The translations under genes and the position numbers were made by a program. A stretch of DNA of 64,000 nucleotides from Patescibacteria group bacterium. GTDB lineage: Bacteria; Patescibacteriota; Patescibacteriia; UBA10025; JAHIVO01. Below, one piece after another: positions 38,773-49,235 of this stretch; positions within the stretch are counted from its first letter, which is position 1, and each line of letters starts with the position of its first letter. The notes beneath the pieces are model-generated. The model worked only from the letters and a program-made list of their open reading frames with translations. It ran no database searches and was not told where the DNA came from. Location of the stretch: positions 8,961 through 72,960 of the forward strand of contig JBAZKE010000006.1 in NCBI GenBank assembly GCA_041650915.1, given 5' to 3'.

Positions 38773-39867
38773 ATGCCCACACAAAAAACCGGAATGACTC
38801 CTCCCCAAAATCCTGCTGCGCCGACGACCCCTGTGCCAACCCAGGAAGTGTCGCAGCAAGCGCCCACGCTGCAGCCTGGACAGTCGATGACTATCGGTGG
38901 GCGCGAGATGACGAGGATGTCGGTGCTCGGCGCAGTGAACGAGCACATGCAGACAACGGGCAAAGATCTATTCGGCAACCCCGCTGGAGGAGGCGTTAGT
39001 CCAGACGCCGCACAATTCGCGGCAGACGCAGCGCAACTGGGACTGAACGTTACGGCTGAGCCACAGCGCAGACCAGATCTGCCAGTACGTCAGGTGCCAC
39101 GACAAGAGGACGCTGATGTCGTTCGTCCGCCGGAAAAAGATGAAAACCCGAACGAATTGGTCAATATTATTTCCGACCAGATCAACATGGCGCATCGGTC
39201 AGGAAATGAAGATCTGGCTAATGAATTACGGGAAACTTTGAATAAACTCCTGGGCACGCAACAGTCACTCAAAAAAGTGCACAGGGCCAAAAAAGAGAAC
39301 GCTATTCTGTCCAGGTTGAAGGCCGACCTAGGTATTCAGAAAATCAAACCCGTGTCAGTGGATTGGGGCGGGTACAAATGGCACTTTGCTCCAGCCCCCG
39401 CAGCCATGGACCGTTGGCTCGTCGCGATGGCAGCGACTGATGGTGCCAACATGTATTCCGTCCTCAAGGTCGCGATTTCCCTGGTAGGGATTGATGGCGA
39501 ACCCGTATGGAAGGTCCTGGGCATCGAGCTAGAAGCAGATTACCGCCAGGATGGCAGTGACAAAACTGTGCGTGTGCCGCTGTACACGCGTCTTTGCCCG
39601 TCGTGTGGCAATAATGTCGGCTTTGAGACTGATACGTGTCAGCAGTGCGGAACACTGCTCGACGTATTTTCCATGCCGCTGCCTCTACGGCTCCGGTGTG
39701 CGGATGCGGTGAACCAGTTTTTCCAGAATGATTTCGGTCCGTACGAGCAACTGGTCGATTTGTACGATTTGCTCAATAAAGCAATGCCAGACCGAATTAA
39801 AAACCACAACGATATCTACCCTTTTCTGAAAGTATCCCAGCCGCAGCCGCAGCCGACCCTTACTTAG
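38773..39867 (+). CDS. tail assembly chaperone (G-like) with zinc ribbon
   Basis: Upstream of tape measure; CPSC...CQQC; slippery CCCTTTT near 3' end. Confidence 0.65.
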   Translation: MPTQKTGMTPPQNPAAPTTPVPTQEVSQQAPTLQPGQSMTIGGREMTRMSVLGAVNEHMQTTGKDLFGNPAGGGVSPDAAQFAADAAQLGLNVTAEPQRRPDLPVRQVPRQEDADVVRPPEKDENPNELVNIISDQINMAHRSGNEDLANELRETLNKLLGTQQSLKKVHRAKKENAILSRLKADLGIQKIKPVSVDWGGYKWHFAPAPAAMDRWLVAMAATDGANMYSVLKVAISLVGIDGEPVWKVLGIELEADYRQDGSDKTVRVPLYTRLCPSCGNNVGFETDTCQQCGTLLDVFSMPLPLRLRCADAVNQFFQNDFGPYEQLVDLYDLLNKAMPDRIKNHNDIYPFLKVSQPQPQPTLT

Positions 39868-40307
39868 CAATTTGGGGTCGTGTTTGTGCTAGGTTGAGGC
39901 TTTCGCCGCTGGAAGAGCGCGCGAAGCAGTTGTACTACAATCCCACGGCTTTGCTGTGGACCGATTGGAATTGTGGGCAGGAAAACGATGCAACGTTTGA
40001 TCGCCTAGGTGATATGCTGGGCGTGCGCTGGACCCGGGAACAAGTCGAACAGGTTTTCAACAGTCGTACGGACCCCCGGCAAAAGCTGGAAACTATTTCG
40101 ATCCCACTGACATTTGTAATTCAGCCTGAGTTCCAAGAGGCTGTCAAAAGTATGTTTGGTTCTAAGTTCGGTATTGACCCGCCTGAATGGGCCAAGACTG
40201 CAACGGTGGTTGAAGGTTGGGATATCCCTCGCGATCAATTCATGCATTTGGCTCGCGGTGCTTCCGTGGCGATCCCTGTGGAGCAAATGCGACAGCGTAA
40301 GCACTAG
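39819..40307 (+). CDS. tail assembly chaperone T-segment reached by -1 frameshift
   Basis: -1 frame is open from C CCT TTT (39819-39825) into ORF 39894..40307, which lacks a good start. Confidence 0.7.
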   Translation, partial: PFSESIPAAAAADPYLAIWGRVCARLRLSPLEERAKQLYYNPTALLWTDWNCGQENDATFDRLGDMLGVRWTREQVEQVFNSRTDPRQKLETISIPLTFVIQPEFQEAVKSMFGSKFGIDPPEWAKTATVVEGWDIPRDQFMHLARGASVAIPVEQMRQRKH

Positions 40308-40315
40308 GTGAAGTC

Positions 40316-43018
40316 ATGACGGTATTGGGCGGCACTCCTCCAGGCGGAACTGGCAGCGGTAAAGGCGGAAACCCGCCTGCAACCCCGTCTAACATCAATC
40401 TTGCTAGCAGCACGGCGTCGATTAATGCCGAAACCGAAGCCTTGCTGCCCAATACCAAAGCACTAGATCAAAACGAGGGTGCACGTGAACGCTTAGGGCG
40501 ACTACAGAAACAAAAGATACCCGAAACGTTCCTGGAATATTTAAAACGCGAAACAGAAGAACTTCAAAAAGCCACCGTGGCCATGGGGCAGTATCGTCAA
40601 TATGTCGGTCAAAGCTTTGAAGCGGTCAAAGGCTTCATGACCGAAATGCAGAACATGAATTCGTTGACTGCAATTTACACGAGAACCTTGAACCAGCTCG
40701 AGCACAGCACACAAACCTATACGTCGTCCATGCAGGCCAATACGGACAACATGGGGCAGGCAACAGAACAAGCCGATAGATTCTTTGAGGGTACCAGGGC
40801 AGCAGCAGCAGAAGCAGAAAATCTAGCTGCTACGTATAAAATGTCCTCGGAGGAAATCAACGCAGCGAGTCGCACGGCGCAGAAAATGTTCGCAACCCAA
40901 CTCGGGGCCATGGACGACGTGGGCCAGGGCATGAAAGACCTGCAGAAGAATTCAATAGTACTGGGTCGCTATCTTGGCGTTGATCAAAAAGAAGTCATGG
41001 AATCTTGGCGCGAACGTATGGAAGCGTCGAACATGACTTTGGAAGACGCGCAGCAAGAAACCGCGATGCTCACGAAGGTCACGGACCAGTACACCAAGGA
41101 ATTGACCTCGCTGAGCGGCGAGATGCTCAAGACGGCTAAAATCGGCAAAAAAGAGATGTTCGAGGCGACCAAGGCCATCAACAATGAGTTTAAAATCGGG
41201 GTGCCGAATGTCGTCGCGTATACTAACGCCATGGCCAAAATGGCCGTGCAGGCAGCTAAATTCGGTGGAACAAAAAATGAGCAAAAAGATGCCATGGAAG
41301 GCGTGCTTCGACTAGGCAAGTCGCTCACAACGGTGAAGGGCGAATTCGGGCTCATGGGTATGCTGGCGTCTGAAAAACTATACGCCCAGTTTAAGACGGC
41401 ACCAGAAACTTTGTCCAAAGGTCTACGTGAGCGCTTCAGTGCACGCGCCAGCATGATGGAGGGGGCACCCGACATCATGAAACGCCAGTACGCGATGGAA
41501 ACTGCTGGAGGGAGTAAAGAATTTACGCGCTTGGCTTTCGCTGAGTTAGCTGCAAAAGGTAGCGGAAATGTAGATCAATTAGCTGCACAAATACAAGAAG
41601 TTGCTGGTGGTTCGGCCATAACAGCGCGTATGCTCGCCAGTGCAACTTTGTCTAAGGATGAAAAGTCTTTCGACAAAGCATTCAGCGAGCTAGAAGAATC
41701 TAACAAAACTGAAGCACAAAAACAGCTCGATAAAGTGGAAGAGACCGTTAAAAACGGAGCGAAAACCAATACACTGCTGGGTAATGTCGTAAGTGAACTA
41801 CAAAAAATTCAAAAATACATGATGTATATGGCCGTAGGAAGCCCCATATTGTCTGCACTTGCCGGACCATTGGCTGGTAAGCTGCTCGGGGGTGTACTAG
41901 GTTTAGGCACTAAAGTCCTTGCAGGCGGCGCAGTGACCAGCGCAACTTCAACGACAGCAGCCGGAACCATTGTAACGGGCGGCAGTACTGCTGCGGCTAC
42001 GGGTGCCGGCGCGCTCGCAGCGATCAAGGCGGCTGCCGCGGCTGCGGCGGTCCCTGCTGCGCTGGCCGCAGGTGCTGCAGCTGTGGGCTATGTTGGGTAT
42101 AAAGCGTTCAAGGCTCACGAAGGCGATAAGGAAGACGAAGCGTCGGGCAGAAGAGCGCGTGGCGGGGCTAAATTCTCGAAATGGTTGACAGGGCAGGATT
42201 CCGTAGATCTAAACAATGTCGTTATGAATATGTCGTGGGAGGAATTAGCCAACAGGAAAAAAATGATCGTTGAGCTTAAAAAGGACGTAACTAGGCTAAA
42301 AAGTCTGGGCGACAAGATGACGGAAGTAGACAAAAAAGAGCTAGAACTACGTGAGGAAAAGCTCGCTAAAATACAGAAATCTATCAAAGCCATTACCGAC
42401 GCCGAGGCGAAAGAAAAAGCGTTCACCGACCAAGAGCTTAATGCACGCCATGAAGCCACTGTGGCAGAAACCGTGAAGCGCGGTTTTGCCAATCTGGACG
42501 TTAGAGGCGGCACTCAAGGTATGGTGGCATCTTTCCTTTCTGGTCAAGGCCAAGATGTCATGCGCGGCGACTTTGCAGGTAATATCGCTGCGGCACTCGA
42601 GGGAAGCGAAGGCAAAGCGCTCAAGGAAAAGCTCGGTGAGGTTGGATTTAAAGAGTTTACAACGGCGTTAAACAAAGAAACTATGATTAAACAGATGGGT
42701 ATAGCGACATACGCCGAAGAGGCAAGAGTGCGTCGAGGCAGTAATACGCAAATAGCAGAAGAATGGGGCAAACGCGGGCGTGGTGCGGCGTCCACCATCA
42801 TAGGGTTCACAGACGAAGAGCGTAAAGCCGTAAACAAGGGAACCAAATTGAGCATTTCGGCTGCCGCGGGAGATGACGGCAGCATTGCAATTCCCACAGT
42901 CGACGCCAACGGCACCATGACGATAGCTATGCCGTCGCAGTTCTTGAGAATAAACGGTAATGCGATGTCGACACAAATGTCAGATCTGCAGAACACCAAC
43001 AGCAAGCCCGGTCTGTAA
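40316..43018 (+). CDS. tape measure protein
   Basis: 900 aa, helical, Ala/Met/Lys-rich with hydrophobic Ala/Gly segment; follows the chaperone pair. Confidence 0.75.
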   Translation: MTVLGGTPPGGTGSGKGGNPPATPSNINLASSTASINAETEALLPNTKALDQNEGARERLGRLQKQKIPETFLEYLKRETEELQKATVAMGQYRQYVGQSFEAVKGFMTEMQNMNSLTAIYTRTLNQLEHSTQTYTSSMQANTDNMGQATEQADRFFEGTRAAAAEAENLAATYKMSSEEINAASRTAQKMFATQLGAMDDVGQGMKDLQKNSIVLGRYLGVDQKEVMESWRERMEASNMTLEDAQQETAMLTKVTDQYTKELTSLSGEMLKTAKIGKKEMFEATKAINNEFKIGVPNVVAYTNAMAKMAVQAAKFGGTKNEQKDAMEGVLRLGKSLTTVKGEFGLMGMLASEKLYAQFKTAPETLSKGLRERFSARASMMEGAPDIMKRQYAMETAGGSKEFTRLAFAELAAKGSGNVDQLAAQIQEVAGGSAITARMLASATLSKDEKSFDKAFSELEESNKTEAQKQLDKVEETVKNGAKTNTLLGNVVSELQKIQKYMMYMAVGSPILSALAGPLAGKLLGGVLGLGTKVLAGGAVTSATSTTAAGTIVTGGSTAAATGAGALAAIKAAAAAAAVPAALAAGAAAVGYVGYKAFKAHEGDKEDEASGRRARGGAKFSKWLTGQDSVDLNNVVMNMSWEELANRKKMIVELKKDVTRLKSLGDKMTEVDKKELELREEKLAKIQKSIKAITDAEAKEKAFTDQELNARHEATVAETVKRGFANLDVRGGTQGMVASFLSGQGQDVMRGDFAGNIAAALEGSEGKALKEKLGEVGFKEFTTALNKETMIKQMGIATYAEEARVRRGSNTQIAEEWGKRGRGAASTIIGFTDEERKAVNKGTKLSISAAAGDDGSIAIPTVDANGTMTIAMPSQFLRINGNAMSTQMSDLQNTNSKPGL

Positions 43019-43041
43019 AACCGTTTCAGAAAGGATTTCAC

Positions 43042-43269
43042 ATGTCACAAAAACTTCGTAAGTGCATTCAACTCGGTAAAGTGGTGGTTCGTAATCGGAC
43101 TTCCGGCGAAGTCATTGTGTATTACCCACTGCCAGACGGCTCGCCAGCGACTGCCACCATTTCCCCCGGTGGAAGTATGGAACTAGCGCCCAAGTTCACC
43201 ACGCCGGCCATGTTGATGAAATCCAACCTGGAAGAGCTGGCCCGCAAAGGCCACGTGACTTTCATATAA
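43042..43269 (+). CDS. small hypothetical protein
   Basis: AAGGA RBS. Confidence 0.6.
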   Translation: MSQKLRKCIQLGKVVVRNRTSGEVIVYYPLPDGSPATATISPGGSMELAPKFTTPAMLMKSNLEELARKGHVTFI

Positions 43270-44150
43270 TGCAATGTCACATCCATGACAATGTTCCCGC
43301 CAGTGCAGATTTATTAGTCATTCACCACATTAAACCGCAAGCATTCGGCGGGCAAGACATACCTGAAAACCGTGTGATGCTGTGCGCATCATGTCACGAC
43401 GTTCTGCATAAAGCAGAACATAAATTATCCAAAGGAAAGACCGGAGAAGCACTAGATATTATCGATCGCTTTTTACCGAATCAGACTGCCAGGCAACAGC
43501 GTCTCCGTGCACTGATGAATTCTGTGGCCTCGGCGCGTAAGGCTTGGAAGACCAAGTCGAATGTTGTTCCGGAGGCTCAGGGTAAAGTTGACGACACTGT
43601 AATCGTACAGCTAAATCTTCCGATTTGGTTACACCATAGGCTAAAAACAACCGCGCAAGATCAACAGGTTGGGTTGTACAAGCTCTGCCTCCGGGTGCTG
43701 GAGCAATATGTCGTCAAGCAAGACATGCCAACCTTGGACCCGGCTATACCCGCGGCTCCGGCACCAGAAGTAAAGTTCATCGCACCGAAGCCAAATAAAA
43801 TAATCCAGATCTGGAATGTTTTGGATAAAGCCGACGCCATGGAACTCGAAACACGAATGTTGTCCGCGGGATCGAAAGAGCGCTATTGCGAGATCATGCA
43901 AAAGGCACTCAAGCTATCCCCGTTGCCCCGCCACTTAGAAGATAAAGATTTTAGTCTGGACGACGCGTTCGGGCTGCTGACATGTGTGTTCGACAAACTT
44001 AAAAAAGCGCAAATGCGCGGAGTCGACGAACTATACTGCGGTGTACTTTTGCTGGCGCTCAAGGGTTACCCCGTTACTTTACAAATCCAGGCAGAAGCTC
44101 AGCACTATAAAACAACAAAATGGTTATTGCATTTATTTCCTGCTGCGTAA
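43269..44150 (+). CDS. HNH endonuclease domain protein
   Basis: HHIKPQAFGG...N...LCASCH..H at N-terminus. Confidence 0.7.
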   Translation: MQCHIHDNVPASADLLVIHHIKPQAFGGQDIPENRVMLCASCHDVLHKAEHKLSKGKTGEALDIIDRFLPNQTARQQRLRALMNSVASARKAWKTKSNVVPEAQGKVDDTVIVQLNLPIWLHHRLKTTAQDQQVGLYKLCLRVLEQYVVKQDMPTLDPAIPAAPAPEVKFIAPKPNKIIQIWNVLDKADAMELETRMLSAGSKERYCEIMQKALKLSPLPRHLEDKDFSLDDAFGLLTCVFDKLKKAQMRGVDELYCGVLLLALKGYPVTLQIQAEAQHYKTTKWLLHLFPAA

Positions 44151-44152
44151 AT

Positions 44153-44170
44153 CACCTTAAAGTTTAGTAG
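44153..44170 (+). promoter_or_regulatory. putative phage late promoter
   Basis: CACCTTAAAGTTTAGTAG directly before GGAGG RBS. Confidence 0.65.
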
Positions 44171-44183
44171 TTTGGAGGTCTCG

Positions 44184-44555
44184 ATGGATACTTTTGTCTT
44201 TCGCGATGCTGTATATCGGCGTGTAATAGTTTCCCGTACGGCGGCTAGTGCCATGCAGGAGCTGCAGAGCGTTCCTCGAGATCTCACCGAGGAACAATTC
44301 GATGGCCTGTTGTGGCCGCTCGCAGAGAAGATGGTGCAGCAGTGTAGCACCAAAGATAAAGGGCCGACTACACGCGAGTGGTGCGTGTACTCTGGCGACA
44401 ACCAGCAGGGCCTACAAAGCATGCATCTTGACCGGCAAGACGCCGTAGATCATGCTTTTATGTGGTTGCAACGCTATTTCTTGACTGGCCTTCGTGGTAA
44501 CCCAAAAATCAAGAATTTCGATACTTTCCTGCAAGAATACGTGAAAAATCACTAG
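44184..44555 (+). CDS. small protein with N-terminal tag (FVFRDAVYRRV)
   Basis: GGAGG RBS then ATG 44184. Confidence 0.7.
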   Translation: MDTFVFRDAVYRRVIVSRTAASAMQELQSVPRDLTEEQFDGLLWPLAEKMVQQCSTKDKGPTTREWCVYSGDNQQGLQSMHLDRQDAVDHAFMWLQRYFLTGLRGNPKIKNFDTFLQEYVKNH

Positions 44556-44581
44556 CTTCGATCTTTCCCGCCCCTTTCTGC

Positions 44582-44610
44582 TTGACTTCCTCCGAATAAC
44601 TGAATATAGT
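44582..44610 (+). promoter_or_regulatory. sigma70-type promoter
   Basis: TTGACT-17nt-TATAGT. Confidence 0.7.
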
Positions 44611-44675
44611 GGGTGCTGTTGCGCTGCCGGCGGATCCATTAATTTTGCCGCTGAATACCGGCCGCCGGCAGCGCA

Positions 44676-45029
44676 ATGCCTACAACCGAAAGGAAACCAA
44701 TGTCCCTAATCATCGATCCAACTGCACAAAATGACACACCTTCTCCTGCTTCGGAACCAGAACAAACCCCAAACGCTGATGGAATGATGACCCCAGTCAT
44801 CATGCTGTTCTGTCCCAGATGCCATGCACAGGCCGCCATGGAAGTCAGGCCTATGATGCTACTGCTTAGGTCCGATGGTGTCTTGGTAGTGGAGGAGAAG
44901 GAAGGTGAGGAGATCATCGGCCAGGCATTTGTCGTCGGGATGTCGCAGCCGCAGGCCAAGTGCCCGCAGTGTTCTTCGGGTGGAATCATCGTGCCGAACG
45001 GCGGCATGCCGCCGAATCTGAAGTTATAA
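44676..45029 (+). CDS. small zinc-ribbon protein
   Basis: CPRC...CPQC; start may be the later ATG after AAGGA. Confidence 0.6.
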   Translation: MPTTERKPMSLIIDPTAQNDTPSPASEPEQTPNADGMMTPVIMLFCPRCHAQAAMEVRPMMLLLRSDGVLVVEEKEGEEIIGQAFVVGMSQPQAKCPQCSSGGIIVPNGGMPPNLKL

Positions 45030-45166
45030 CCTCTCGGATTGGTTGGTGTAGTCCTAATAATTACAGACACTTACATTTATTGTAAAAACACCTTATCTGT
45101 ATTGACTGGCACGGTAACATTTACCGTGACCATAAACCACGGACAGGTGTCCGCGAGAGGTTTGTA

Positions 45167-45928
45167 ATGTATTTGATTTTTTCTTTGCTCCTGCTCATTC
45201 AGCAGGACACGCCAGTGACGGTTTCGGCAGGAGCCCGCGGGTTTGTTCCAAGCCTGGTGGCTTCCTCGCGTCCTCCCAGTAAGGCCGACATCGTCAAATC
45301 CATTGAAGCTCTCAAAGCGAAAGGGGTTCCAGTTTCTCCCGAAAAAGTAAGCAAATATGCGGACGCAATTCTAACCGCGTCGCGCCAGCACAGCATCGAT
45401 CCATATTTGCTCGTGGCCATCGCCCGCGTAGAAAGTAATTTTACGGCAGCAGTGCGTAAAGATATCCGCTGCTCTTTGCCTCGTCAAGGTTTCTGTTCCC
45501 AAGACTGTGGCGTTACCCAGCAAAACTTTTCCGGTGCACCGAAGTGGGTTAAATTTCGGTGTGCTCAAGTGCAGAAAGATTATAAAGAATCGTTCATGCT
45601 TGCGGCCGAGGAACTCGCCAAGCACACGGAATGGTGTCGAGAGAAAATTCACCTCGACAGAGTGCCCGAACGCTGCATACTTAATCGGTACAACGGCGGG
45701 CCTATGTACCGAAAGGAAGAACAGTGCAAGCGTCTGTACAGCCAATGCTCGGCATTGCCCGAGGACCGAAAGCAAAAGTGCCTGTTTGGTCGGCGGCGCT
45801 GCATGATTATCGCAACGTACTGGACACGAGTTCTGTGCTTCCACCAAGCAGCGCGCACCGCAACTACACCTACGCGCGACTGCCGGTGGTGCTGGAGCGT
45901 CGACTCCATCGATAAACATTTTGAGTAA
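45167..45928 (+). CDS. lytic transglycosylase (SLT-like), Cys-rich, with signal peptide
   Basis: IDPYLLVAIARVESNF catalytic-Glu motif; YNGG; hydrophobic N-terminus. Confidence 0.75.
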   Translation: MYLIFSLLLLIQQDTPVTVSAGARGFVPSLVASSRPPSKADIVKSIEALKAKGVPVSPEKVSKYADAILTASRQHSIDPYLLVAIARVESNFTAAVRKDIRCSLPRQGFCSQDCGVTQQNFSGAPKWVKFRCAQVQKDYKESFMLAAEELAKHTEWCREKIHLDRVPERCILNRYNGGPMYRKEEQCKRLYSQCSALPEDRKQKCLFGRRRCMIIATYWTRVLCFHQAARTATTPTRDCRWCWSVDSIDKHFE

Positions 45929-46144
45929 GGTGAAGAGTTTTATCTTAGCCTAATTTCTTACGTAAAGGTATGATTTCCATGGAAAATTCACCAGAAAATA
46001 AGCAGCAGACAGCAGACTCTGCACCACCGCTGCCGGTCAAAACGGCTGGCCCGGTGTGTCAGCTTGGCTTGCTACCTCCGCCTCCCCCATCACCCTGCAT
46101 AGAGCATCTCTATTTCGACTGCGATTTCTAGCAAAACTTAATAG

Positions 46145-46162
46145 CACGTTATCTTTTAGTAG
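46145..46162 (+). promoter_or_regulatory. putative phage late promoter
   Basis: CACGTTATCTTTTAGTAG. Confidence 0.65.
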
Positions 46163-46182
46163 TTCTTACGAAAGGTATAATC

Positions 46183-46737
46183 ATGTCCGTACCTAAATTT
46201 ATCCGCGTCGCCGGTCAATTATATCGTTTGGCTGAGCCACCGCCGCAGTTCACACAGGACAAAGACGAGCTTGGGAAGCTCGAGGCAGATCTCGAGATGG
46301 CAGAATCTATTGGCGCTACCGAAAACGCCAAGCAGATTAGGCAAAAAATTGAACAGCTAAAAACAGCTTTCGCACCCAGAGATAAATATTATGCTGACAT
46401 GCCCGGCGCGAAGTACGTAATTGCACTTTCTCCCGAAGAAGAAGAGATTCTATTCCAGATCCATGAGGGACAGGGCGACGCCGTCTATGCAGTCGCGAGC
46501 CGCAGTCATAGCGCTGGGTTAACTTGGGTCACTGAGGACGAACTCTCGACCGTAGTGTCTCGTCTTGCCTGGCTGCTCAGTGACGCGACCATCACAGCGG
46601 AGATGTCGGAACAAGAGCAAGAGACTGCCGCCTCGCTTCTCTATGAACTAGAAAACCTATCGTCCGGCAGCACTGGAATTGAGTATCCTCCTGGTGTCAT
46701 CCGGGAATTTGATTTGCAGACCCCACCCAGCGCTTAG
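46183..46737 (+). CDS. acidic protein with N-terminal tag (PKFIRVAGQLYRLA)
   Basis: AAGGT RBS; tag. Confidence 0.75.
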   Translation: MSVPKFIRVAGQLYRLAEPPPQFTQDKDELGKLEADLEMAESIGATENAKQIRQKIEQLKTAFAPRDKYYADMPGAKYVIALSPEEEEILFQIHEGQGDAVYAVASRSHSAGLTWVTEDELSTVVSRLAWLLSDATITAEMSEQEQETAASLLYELENLSSGSTGIEYPPGVIREFDLQTPPSA

Positions 46738-46758
46738 TTTCATCTGTTTCCTGCTTTC

Positions 46759-46776
46759 TACCTTATATCTAGGTAG
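46759..46776 (+). promoter_or_regulatory. putative phage late promoter (variant)
   Basis: TACCTTATATCTAGGTAG. Confidence 0.45.
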
Positions 46777-46800
46777 ATTTGCGTCTACCGGAGAACCTCC

Positions 46801-48519
46801 ATGCCTGAAATTATTTATCGCGGCCAGCGCTATGTACTCCACACGGCAGCCGAAACCTATGCCCCGCCTGCCCCGCCGGCCAATTGGGAAACAAATAAGC
46901 AAGAATATATCACCAAAGTCATAGCCGATTTGGAGGCTTTGGGCGAACGCGTTTATACTTTGGGTATTGAAAGCGACGTTATCGCGGAGCAACCCGGAGA
47001 TGTCGACGCAGAAGTAACGCAAACCAAAGTAAAACAAGTCCGGCACGAGCTTAAACTCCAAGAAGCCGCCGGTAATGCCGAAGCTGTGGCTGCTCTCAAG
47101 GCGCAACTCGACGCACTGGGAATTAAGAAATCTACCACGGGTTTGGCATTGGATAACTTGGCCAAGGTAATTGACAATACAATCGCGGCAGTTGAACTCG
47201 GAGAGTATCTAATCAAAAACCCCACGGTGCCTGCAAAACGTGCGGTAAAAATTCCTATTACTGAAGTCGTACCAGAGCTTACTCGTATCGTTGATCAGTG
47301 GGAAAAGTTTGCGCTATCGAGTCGGCCGGCGTCCGATGTGCCCGATCAGCAGCGCAAAAAAGAAGAAGTCCTGGGCTTCCCTAAATTCGTGAAGGTACAG
47401 CTTGACTTCATCAATAAACACATTGTAGAAGCTACTGAATTAGTCAACCGTGCTGCAGTGACCGAAGGCCAGGATCCCGAGGAAAGCGCACGTATCCAAG
47501 CTGCGCAAGCCGCACTTCCTAGTTTTATGTACCGGCTCAAGGTTGTGAATGAATCCATCGCCAAAGGCAAATATGTAATTTCCAACCGTGTCGACCTGCT
47601 GGCTGAGATGGAAGATGCGCGGAAAGCCGCAGAAACTGCTGGCGACGCAGCACAGGCTGAAGAACTGCAGAAGCGTATCGATTGGGTGCAAGGTACTCAA
47701 ACAACCGATAAGGACCTGAAAGATCGATACATTAAAGACATTGTGAAAGAGTTGTTTACAGAGTTTAAAGCGCACTGGCTGGTGGCCAAGGCGCAAAAGG
47801 CTAAAGAAAAAGCCGAAGCTGACGCGAAGGCTAAGGCAGATAAGCCCGAAAAAGAAAAGAAACCGAAGGAACCCAAACCCGACAATCTCATGGAGGTAGT
47901 AAAAGAACTCCTGGCTACGCTGGAGGATATCAAAAATAAACAGCCTATGTTCTTGCAAACCGCAAAAGCGCGCGAGGGTTTCGATAAACTCGTGCAGGAC
48001 ACCATCGCGGTTGGAAAGGCTGTAGACGCTGGCGCCGCTTCTGTGACGCTGTCGTCTGGGGAATACCCAATCAAAGAGGCCGTGAAGCTGGTGCAAGACG
48101 GTATGCGACAGTACCGCAGCATGATGAAGCGAGAGTTTGAGCCCGGGGCCAGAGCGCAAGAGAAGCAAGTCGGTATGGGCAAGAGTCTGGAAGATCTAGA
48201 TAAAAAGATTGCGGAGATTGATCAGGCCATTTCTGCGGTTCGCAGCCAGCAGAGTCGTGCGTCTGCAGGTAGCCTGGAGTTGCTAGAACAAATCAAGCGA
48301 AAACCGGATCGTGCAAGCAAACTGCCTTTGATGGCCCGGCGAGATAAAATAGAGCACGAAGTAGCAGAGCTTACTAAGCAAATCGACACCCTGCGCAAAG
48401 AGCGTAGTTCTGTGAGTCTAGCGCGTGACAATCTGCTTAAAAGCGTACGGCCAGGCCCACAGGCCACACCCGAAGTTACCAAACCAACGGGTCCCATTTA
48501 CCAGACACCGGAGTTCTAA
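46801..48519 (+). CDS. coiled-coil protein with N-terminal tag (IIYRGQRYVLH)
   Basis: 572 aa; helical and charged. Confidence 0.75.
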   Translation: MPEIIYRGQRYVLHTAAETYAPPAPPANWETNKQEYITKVIADLEALGERVYTLGIESDVIAEQPGDVDAEVTQTKVKQVRHELKLQEAAGNAEAVAALKAQLDALGIKKSTTGLALDNLAKVIDNTIAAVELGEYLIKNPTVPAKRAVKIPITEVVPELTRIVDQWEKFALSSRPASDVPDQQRKKEEVLGFPKFVKVQLDFINKHIVEATELVNRAAVTEGQDPEESARIQAAQAALPSFMYRLKVVNESIAKGKYVISNRVDLLAEMEDARKAAETAGDAAQAEELQKRIDWVQGTQTTDKDLKDRYIKDIVKELFTEFKAHWLVAKAQKAKEKAEADAKAKADKPEKEKKPKEPKPDNLMEVVKELLATLEDIKNKQPMFLQTAKAREGFDKLVQDTIAVGKAVDAGAASVTLSSGEYPIKEAVKLVQDGMRQYRSMMKREFEPGARAQEKQVGMGKSLEDLDKKIAEIDQAISAVRSQQSRASAGSLELLEQIKRKPDRASKLPLMARRDKIEHEVAELTKQIDTLRKERSSVSLARDNLLKSVRPGPQATPEVTKPTGPIYQTPEF

Positions 48520-48522
48520 ACT

Positions 48523-49233
48523 ATGGCCAACGCAGTTAAATTCAACGGTGCGCTTTATGTAATTGCAGGCAAACCTGCGGCCGGAACTCCACGTAACACC
48601 ACTTGGACGAAAAAACAGTTCAAGCACTACACATCACCAGTTAAAATGCCGGGTGTGCGCACCGACGTCATCCAAGGAGACGAAGCTGCTGTACAAACAG
48701 AAATTAATCAGCTTAGGCGGGACATCGCAAAAGCTAAAGCTAGTTATGACAGCTTACTAGATCAGCGCAATCAGCAGTACGATAAACGAACTATTTCTCT
48801 CGAGGCGACGCGCTCGCCGGAGCGTAATCGGCTGATCCGGGAATCAGAGCAAAAGATACTCGAACTAGATGCAAAACTAGACCGAATGGAAAAAGGCATC
48901 GAGCGCCTGATTGAAACACTAAACGAAAAACTAAATGCTCAGGTTTCCGAGACACCAAGCCCAGCAGATCCAGGAGGTCTCGTGGTCGAATATGACCCCA
49001 TCAAGGTGCGCAAGCAGCAAGAGCTGCAGCGTGATTTGGCACAACTGCAGTCACACAAAGAAAAGCTATTAGCTGTGCAGCAAAAGTTCCTGCGGGATAA
49101 GTCTCAGCCGATGAGCGAAACTGCGGATAAACTCATCAAAAAAGATCTGCTCGACACCGACGACATGATCGCACAAAAGCAGCACATGCTCAGGGCTCTG
49201 TCGGCGCCTGCAGACCCAATGCTCAAGGATTAA
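48523..49233 (+). CDS. coiled-coil protein with N-terminal tag (VKFNGALYVIA)
   Basis: GGAG RBS; heptad-like composition. Confidence 0.7.
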   Translation: MANAVKFNGALYVIAGKPAAGTPRNTTWTKKQFKHYTSPVKMPGVRTDVIQGDEAAVQTEINQLRRDIAKAKASYDSLLDQRNQQYDKRTISLEATRSPERNRLIRESEQKILELDAKLDRMEKGIERLIETLNEKLNAQVSETPSPADPGGLVVEYDPIKVRKQQELQRDLAQLQSHKEKLLAVQQKFLRDKSQPMSETADKLIKKDLLDTDDMIAQKQHMLRALSAPADPMLKD

Positions 49234-49235
49234 TC

